A stretch of DNA of 64,000 nt from Bdellovibrionales bacterium. Lineage in GTDB: Bacteria; Bdellovibrionota; Bdellovibrionia; Bdellovibrionales; UBA1609. A program made the translations under genes and the position numbers. Location of the stretch: positions 96,001 through 160,000 of the forward strand of contig DAHVQG010000001.1 in the NCBI GenBank assembly GCA_027317865.1, in the 5' to 3' direction. The notes below the pieces were generated by a model. That model had not been told where the DNA came from. It ran no database searches and saw nothing but the letters and a program-made list of their open reading frames with translations. Each line of letters opens with the position of its first letter. The first letter of the stretch is position 1. Positions 58,686-64,000 of this stretch are shown in pieces.

Positions 58686-60023
58686 ATGGCCGCAAAAAAA
58701 CTCTCCGGGCACACTAGAAAAGTCGTTTTAGACACGAACGTCATTCTCTTCGATGCCTTGGCGATTCACAAATTTCAAAATGCCGATATTTACATTCCGT
58801 TTGTGGTGATCGAAGAGATCGATCGGTTTAAACGCGATCTTGGTGAAAATGGCCGCAATGCCCGCCAGTTTAGCCGTATGATGGACGTGCTTCGCGCGGC
58901 GGGTTCGCTTGCTGAAGGTGTGCGTATCGAAAAGAGTGAATCACGCGTGTTTGTCACGACGGATTCGAATCTCGATGGAATCCCAAAAGGGCTCGACCAA
59001 ATCAAAGCCGACAATCGCATTCTCAGTAAGGCTCTTCAGCTGCAGGCGATGTTCCCCACCGGCAAAGTTGAACTGGTAACGAAGGATATCAATTTACGTA
59101 TTAAAGCGGACGTATTTGGTATCATGGCCGTCGATTACCGGCCTGAAAGTTCAGACGTTGAAGAGCTCTACAAGGGGATAACCGAGATCGACGTTAATCC
59201 CGAACTCATCGATCTGTTTTACAAAGAAAAAAGTCTGCAGATCCCCGAAGATTTATATAAACCGGTAGCCAATCAATATTTGATTATGCGCGATAGCTCG
59301 AATTCGAACCACAGTGCGATCGGGCGCTATGACATGCGTCTGAACCGGGTTGTACCGCTTGTTACACCAAACGAAAGCATTTGGGGGATTCACCCGCGAA
59401 ATGTCGAGCAAAGTTTTGCTCTCGATTGTTTACTTAACGATGAAATTCAATTTGTTTCGCTAGTCGGTAAAGCGGGGACGGGTAAAACTCTTTTGGCGCT
59501 TGCCGCCGGTCTTTACAAAACTCTAGATGAAGGACGATTTCATCGTTTGCTTGTGAGCCGGCCGATATTCCCAATGGGGCGGGATATCGGGTATTTGCCC
59601 GGCGATGTTGAGCAAAAGCTCAATCCGTGGATGCAGCCTATTTTTGATAACGTTGAATTTTTAATGGGTTCCGATAAAAAGGCGGCAGGGCGCGCGCGTG
59701 AACTCATTAATCAAGGCATGGTGAATATTGAGCCACTGACGTATATTCGCGGCCGTTCAATTCCCAATCAATATTTGATTGTGGATGAAGCCCAAAATCT
59801 CACTCCTCACGAAATTAAAACTATTGTGACTCGAGCGGGGCAAGGGACAAAAGTGGTCCTCACCGGCGACTCTTATCAAATCGACAATCCCTATGTAGAC
59901 TCAGCCAACTCGGGGCTTACATATTCCGTTGAGCGCTTCAAAGGGCAGTTCATCGCGGCACACGTAACGCTTGAAAAAGGCGAACGTTCTGAGCTTGCCG
60001 AGCTCGCTGCGAATATACTTTAG
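58686..60023 (+). CDS. PIN-PhoH family ATPase (YlaK/PhoH2-like)
   Basis: LDTNV, ADNRIL, GKAGTGKT, RGRS and DEAQN. Confidence 0.92.
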   Translation: MAAKKLSGHTRKVVLDTNVILFDALAIHKFQNADIYIPFVVIEEIDRFKRDLGENGRNARQFSRMMDVLRAAGSLAEGVRIEKSESRVFVTTDSNLDGIPKGLDQIKADNRILSKALQLQAMFPTGKVELVTKDINLRIKADVFGIMAVDYRPESSDVEELYKGITEIDVNPELIDLFYKEKSLQIPEDLYKPVANQYLIMRDSSNSNHSAIGRYDMRLNRVVPLVTPNESIWGIHPRNVEQSFALDCLLNDEIQFVSLVGKAGTGKTLLALAAGLYKTLDEGRFHRLLVSRPIFPMGRDIGYLPGDVEQKLNPWMQPIFDNVEFLMGSDKKAAGRARELINQGMVNIEPLTYIRGRSIPNQYLIVDEAQNLTPHEIKTIVTRAGQGTKVVLTGDSYQIDNPYVDSANSGLTYSVERFKGQFIAAHVTLEKGERSELAELAANIL

Positions 60024-60124
60024 GGGCATTTTTTAAACTTGACGGCACGGTTCTACGCGTTTTAATATGCGCCACGTCACAAATTTTCGGTCACTGTACG
60101 AGTCATAGCACTCAAGGTGAAAAT

Positions 60125-60751
60125 ATGTTTTCGGGTATAGTCGAGGCCAATGTCGCGCTTTTGGAGTGGACGCCCGAAGACCGAATTGTTCTACAAAAGC
60201 CAAATAATTTTAATGACTTGAAGCCTGGAGATAGCCTCGCCGTTAATGGCGTGTGTCTAACTTTGGAGTGGCACGATGAACATTCAATGCGGTTCGCATT
60301 GGGGCCAGAGACTTTACGAGTGACGGGTTGGTCAAAAGTCGAGTTACAAAAATGGCCACTCAACGTGGAGCGGTCATTGCGGATGGGTGACCGCATTCAC
60401 GGCCATGTGATGGCGGGGCACGCAGATTCTGTCGGCACGGTTCAACTAATCGAGCCAATGGGCGACTCATGTAACATAAGAGTTCGAGTGCCCGAAAGTC
60501 TTGCGCGTTATGTTTGGAAAAAAGGCAGTCTTGCGATCAACGGCGTGAGCTTAACGATCAATGATCTTGAAAATGGCGGTGAAGACGACCCAGCGCTGGG
60601 CCTCATTGTTAGTTTGTGTTTGGTTCCTGAAACATTGAAAAGGACGAATTTGAGTAAACTTCGCATCGGCGACAAAGTCATACTTGAGGCGGACACAATG
60701 GCTCGAGCCTGGATACGCCAAATGGATTTTGATCATGGGTGTAATGCGTGA
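60125..60751 (+). CDS. ribE: Riboflavin synthase (alpha)
   Basis: MFSGIVE, GDSLAVNGVCLT and KGSLAINGVSLT. Confidence 0.95.
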   Translation: MFSGIVEANVALLEWTPEDRIVLQKPNNFNDLKPGDSLAVNGVCLTLEWHDEHSMRFALGPETLRVTGWSKVELQKWPLNVERSLRMGDRIHGHVMAGHADSVGTVQLIEPMGDSCNIRVRVPESLARYVWKKGSLAINGVSLTINDLENGGEDDPALGLIVSLCLVPETLKRTNLSKLRIGDKVILEADTMARAWIRQMDFDHGCNA

Positions 60752-61899
60752 ATACGATTCGTGAACTAATCGATGACATTCAAGCAGGTAAGATGGTGAT
60801 TCTTGTCGACGACGAGAATCGCGAAAATGAGGGCGATCTCATTTTGGCGGCGGACTTTGTCACTCCTCAAGCTATAAACTTTATGGCCAAAGAAGCACGG
60901 GGCTTGATCTGTCTTGCTATGACCTCCGAACAAATTGAACGGTTGGGTCTGCCGCAAATGGTTAAGGACGACCTGAATCGGTCGGCTAATAAAACTGCGT
61001 TTACTGTTTCAGTTGAAGCGTCGTCGGGAGTGACAACAGGAATTTCAGCGGCCGACCGGTGCCATACCATTCGGACCGCCGCTAATCCTTTGGCAAAGCC
61101 AAGCGATGTCATTGTTCCGGGCCATGTGTTTCCGATTCGGGCCCGTGACGGAGGCGTGCTCAAGCGTGCCGGACACACCGAGGCGAGTGTTGATATGGCC
61201 CGTCTTGCCGGCCTGAATGCGGCCGCTGTTATTTGCGAAATCATGAATGCGGACGGTACAATGGCGCGGGTTCATGAACTCCATGAGTTTGCCCATAGGC
61301 ACGGCATCAAAATCGGGACCATTGAAGATCTGATTGAATACCGGCTTGAAAATGAAAGTTTTATTGAAGAGCGCGCCGTGGCTCCTTTTCCTTCTGTTTA
61401 TGGCGATGGCTTTTCGGTTCGGGTTTTTCGTAATCGCTTAGACGGTCGGGAGCATCTCGCGCTTACAAAAGGCGACCTTTCGAATGAAATCGAAGGCATT
61501 CTTGTTCGCGTTCAAAAAGAAAATGTACTGGGGGATGTATTTGGTGGACTGCAAACGCCGAGCGGCGAATCGTTAAGACATGCCATTGATTTGATCGACC
61601 GTGCGGGGCGCGGGGTGATCGTTTATTTGCGGCAAGAAGACATGGGCTTGCGGTTAGAACAATCGGTCGCATCGAATCACACAATTGCTCCCGCAACTGA
61701 TAGCCGGGATTACGGTGTCGGGGCGCAAATTTTGCGGGCGTTGGGGTTGAAGAAAATTGTGCTTTTAACAAATCATCCGACGCCAAGAGCGGGGCTTAAG
61801 GGTTTTGGAATTGAAATCGTTGAATGCCGACCTCTTTTATTAACGCCGACATTTAGCCCGCGGGGAGATGAAAAGAAATTGCGGGGGCTCGATGTCTAA
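60748..61899 (+). CDS. ribB: DHBP synthase fused to a degenerate GTP cyclohydrolase II (RibBX-like)
   Basis: RENEGD, TGISAADR and RAGHTEA intact; C-terminal domain lacks the Zn Cys residues. Confidence 0.9.
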   Translation: MNTIRELIDDIQAGKMVILVDDENRENEGDLILAADFVTPQAINFMAKEARGLICLAMTSEQIERLGLPQMVKDDLNRSANKTAFTVSVEASSGVTTGISAADRCHTIRTAANPLAKPSDVIVPGHVFPIRARDGGVLKRAGHTEASVDMARLAGLNAAAVICEIMNADGTMARVHELHEFAHRHGIKIGTIEDLIEYRLENESFIEERAVAPFPSVYGDGFSVRVFRNRLDGREHLALTKGDLSNEIEGILVRVQKENVLGDVFGGLQTPSGESLRHAIDLIDRAGRGVIVYLRQEDMGLRLEQSVASNHTIAPATDSRDYGVGAQILRALGLKKIVLLTNHPTPRAGLKGFGIEIVECRPLLLTPTFSPRGDEKKLRGLDV

Positions 61900-62422
61900 A
61901 AATATTCCCCGTTTAAATGAAAGCCTCCGATTAATCGAAGCCGCACGAGTCGGAATTGTAACCAGCCGGTTTAACGAAAATATTACGTCTGAGCTGCGTT
62001 CAGGGGTCCTGTCTGAGCTTGAAAAACTCGGCGTTTCTAGTCGGGACATTCGAGATGTCTGCGTGCCAGGCGCGTATGAAATTCCGCTTGCGGCCAAGTG
62101 GTTACTTACCCAGAGCCGTTGCGATGGGGTGGTGGCCCTTGGAGCGGTCATTCGCGGTGAAACTCCGCATTTTGATTATGTTTGTTCAGCAGTTGAACGC
62201 GGCTGCACTCTTTTACAATTAGAACAGGCAAAGCCGGTGGTTTTTGGAGTTCTGACTGTTGACTCTGAGGAACAAGCGCGCGACAGAATTGGTGGCCGAC
62301 ACGGACATAAGGGTCGTGAAGCCGCCCAAACTTTGATTGAAATGTTAAATTTAAAAAAACAAACTGAGCGGGAAGTTCGCCGTACGCGCGGGTCCCGCCA
62401 ACGCCACAACCCTCGGAGGTAA
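61892..62422 (+). CDS. ribH: 6,7-dimethyl-8-ribityllumazine synthase
   Basis: VPGAYEIP, GAVIRGETPHFDYV and FGVLT. Confidence 0.96.
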   Translation: MSKNIPRLNESLRLIEAARVGIVTSRFNENITSELRSGVLSELEKLGVSSRDIRDVCVPGAYEIPLAAKWLLTQSRCDGVVALGAVIRGETPHFDYVCSAVERGCTLLQLEQAKPVVFGVLTVDSEEQARDRIGGRHGHKGREAAQTLIEMLNLKKQTEREVRRTRGSRQRHNPRR

Positions 62423-62426
62423 AAAC

Positions 62427-62663
62427 ATGGCTGACCAGAGCCCGGTAACAGTTCAATTTTTCTACAACGAACTCAAAAAGAAGGTGAGCGACTCGAACGC
62501 AAAACTCCTTCTTCATTCTGCTGTCGTGCGTAGTGGAATTTCTTGCGCAGCCGATGCGCCTCTTCAAAAAGAAGACGCCCAAGCGCTTTGCATGGAACTG
62601 ATACGAAGCGGTGGCCCTGGTTTTCAAGTGGGCCGTGCGGTTTATAATTCTTGGGTACGGTAG
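62427..62663 (+). CDS. Small hypothetical protein
   Basis: GGAGG RBS; 78 aa, between ribH and the kinase. Confidence 0.7.
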   Translation: MADQSPVTVQFFYNELKKKVSDSNAKLLLHSAVVRSGISCAADAPLQKEDAQALCMELIRSGGPGFQVGRAVYNSWVR

Positions 62664-62698
62664 TGCTGAAGAAAAACACAATGCGGACGGGGTACTGA

Positions 62699-64000
62699 GT
62701 GCCACGGCCCGTACTCGACTCTACGGAAAGAAAGAAAAGACGCCGCGAGCTTATTGCGATCGCGGCGCTCGGTGTTTTATTTCTTGTGTTGACCTGGGTC
62801 ATGTTTCACCTGTTCGGCATTGCCGAACAGCTTCCGTTCGAATTTTCGATTTTCTTTTTTGGCCTGGTTAACTTCAATATTATTTTATTTCTTCTTCTCG
62901 CGTTTTTGATTTTTCGAAATATCGTCAAAGAGTTTTCTGAACGTGAAAACGGCCCTATTGGCCGCAGTTTAAAAAGTAAACTGATTGCGGCTTTTGTCGG
63001 ATTCAGTTTTGTACCAACCACGCTGATGTTTTTGGTGTCGGTGTTTTATATAAACAACAGTTTTGAGCGGTGGTTTAATCAAAAAATTTCAGGGATTTTA
63101 GAAAGCTCCATTGAGGTCACGGATTCGTACTACCTGGCGGCAAAACGGAAGAACTATCACTTTGCGACGGAAATCGCCAGCATGTTTCGGGATGATCAGC
63201 CAAAGCAAAAACTCCTTAACCGGTTGCGCTCGGAATATAGCCTCGACGCTGTTGAATATTACCCCAGTCTATTCGGACATAGAATTTCGAGTTTCGCCCA
63301 TGCCGAAGGTGTGCCGAATTTGCCGGCGGTAAGTCTTCAGCTCTTAAAAAAGGGAATTTTAGATCACGACAATTCGAGCATTATTTTTCACTACGCGGAA
63401 GGCGATCTTATACGCGTCATCGTGCCCGTAATGCACGGGCCGTATAAGGGCGCCGTTGTAGTGAGTTCGTATATTCCGATGTCGCTCGTGTCGCACATGG
63501 ATGACATTGCTTCGGCCCTAGCTAATTTTCGCGATCATGGTGCGCTGGCCTACCCAATAAAATCTATTTATCTTATTATCTTGGTTTTGATGACGCTCGT
63601 CATTCTTTTGGGGGCCACGTGGTTCGGCTTCTATCTGGCACGTCAGATAAGTGTACCGCTTGAGAAATTGGCGAAGGCGACACAAAAAGTGGTCAAAGGC
63701 AATTATGAAAAAGTCGAAATCGTCTCGGGTGCACCGGAGATCAACAGGTTGATTACAAACTTCAATACAATGACCCAATTTTTGGGCCGGTCTGAGCGTG
63801 AAATCCAAGAAGCCAACGAAAATTTACGTAAAACGTTGAGCCAACTCCATGAGCATAGCAGGTACATTGAAATTGTTCTCAGTCACGTCACTACCGGAGT
63901 GATTTCCGTAGATCGAGATGGTCGAGTGACCATGGTTAATCGTCATGCGGCCCGTCTTCTCGGTCTTGGATCTGAAGAACACATCGGGCGGCCCGTGAGT
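62699..64000 (+). CDS. NtrY-like membrane sensor histidine kinase (3' end outside window)
   Basis: Manual translation from GTG 62699: three N-terminal TMs, SLKSKLIAAF, periplasmic domain, TM, HAMP (PLEKLAKAT…EINRLITNFNTM) and PAS start (VTTGVISVD). Confidence 0.85.
   Translation, partial: MPRPVLDSTERKKRRRELIAIAALGVLFLVLTWVMFHLFGIAEQLPFEFSIFFFGLVNFNIILFLLLAFLIFRNIVKEFSERENGPIGRSLKSKLIAAFVGFSFVPTTLMFLVSVFYINNSFERWFNQKISGILESSIEVTDSYYLAAKRKNYHFATEIASMFRDDQPKQKLLNRLRSEYSLDAVEYYPSLFGHRISSFAHAEGVPNLPAVSLQLLKKGILDHDNSSIIFHYAEGDLIRVIVPVMHGPYKGAVVVSSYIPMSLVSHMDDIASALANFRDHGALAYPIKSIYLIILVLMTLVILLGATWFGFYLARQISVPLEKLAKATQKVVKGNYEKVEIVSGAPEINRLITNFNTMTQFLGRSEREIQEANENLRKTLSQLHEHSRYIEIVLSHVTTGVISVDRDGRVTMVNRHAARLLGLGSEEHIGRPVS

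Noticed and set aside
58686-60023. PIN toxin-antitoxin module
   Set aside because: It is an ordinary PIN-PhoH fusion with no adjacent antitoxin ORF.
60024-60124. FMN riboswitch before the rib genes
   Set aside because: Only about 100 bp, containing a TTGACG…TAATAT promoter and no RFN consensus.

Overview
This 64-kb window is chromosomal DNA from a Bdellovibrionota-like (predatory) bacterium. The assignment is inferred from a dgcB-like FHA-GGDEF gene next to an ECF sigma gene, a Tad/Flp pilus set, and many secreted Cys-rich hypotheticals. Housekeeping genes include rpoH (partial), aspS, folD, gcvT/H/P, mtnA/mtnP, epmA, pyrD, gdhA, rlmN, riboflavin genes and an NtrY-like kinase (partial). The Tad locus is split, with sigma-54 sites upstream of both blocks. 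The most unusual region lies between and just beyond two tRNA-Leu genes (about 23-30 kb) and encodes exported proteins. One is a signal-peptide protein carrying a RelA/SpoT-type alarmone synthetase domain behind a degenerate Ppx/GppA-like segment. Others are a GH15 glucoamylase, a phage-family poly-gamma-glutamate hydrolase and an HDxxxH hypothetical; all four share a terminal C-x-x-[ID]-L motif. Other highlights: a Hypr-type (GHxxGS) GGDEF, possibly a 3',3'-cGAMP synthase, clustered with dgcB; a frameshifted secreted Met/Gly-repeat protein; a histone-H1-like Lys/Ala protein; a 13-bp x5 intergenic repeat; and a recurring YGTC-N9-GACR palindrome. All calls come from reading motifs by eye; no database searches were run.
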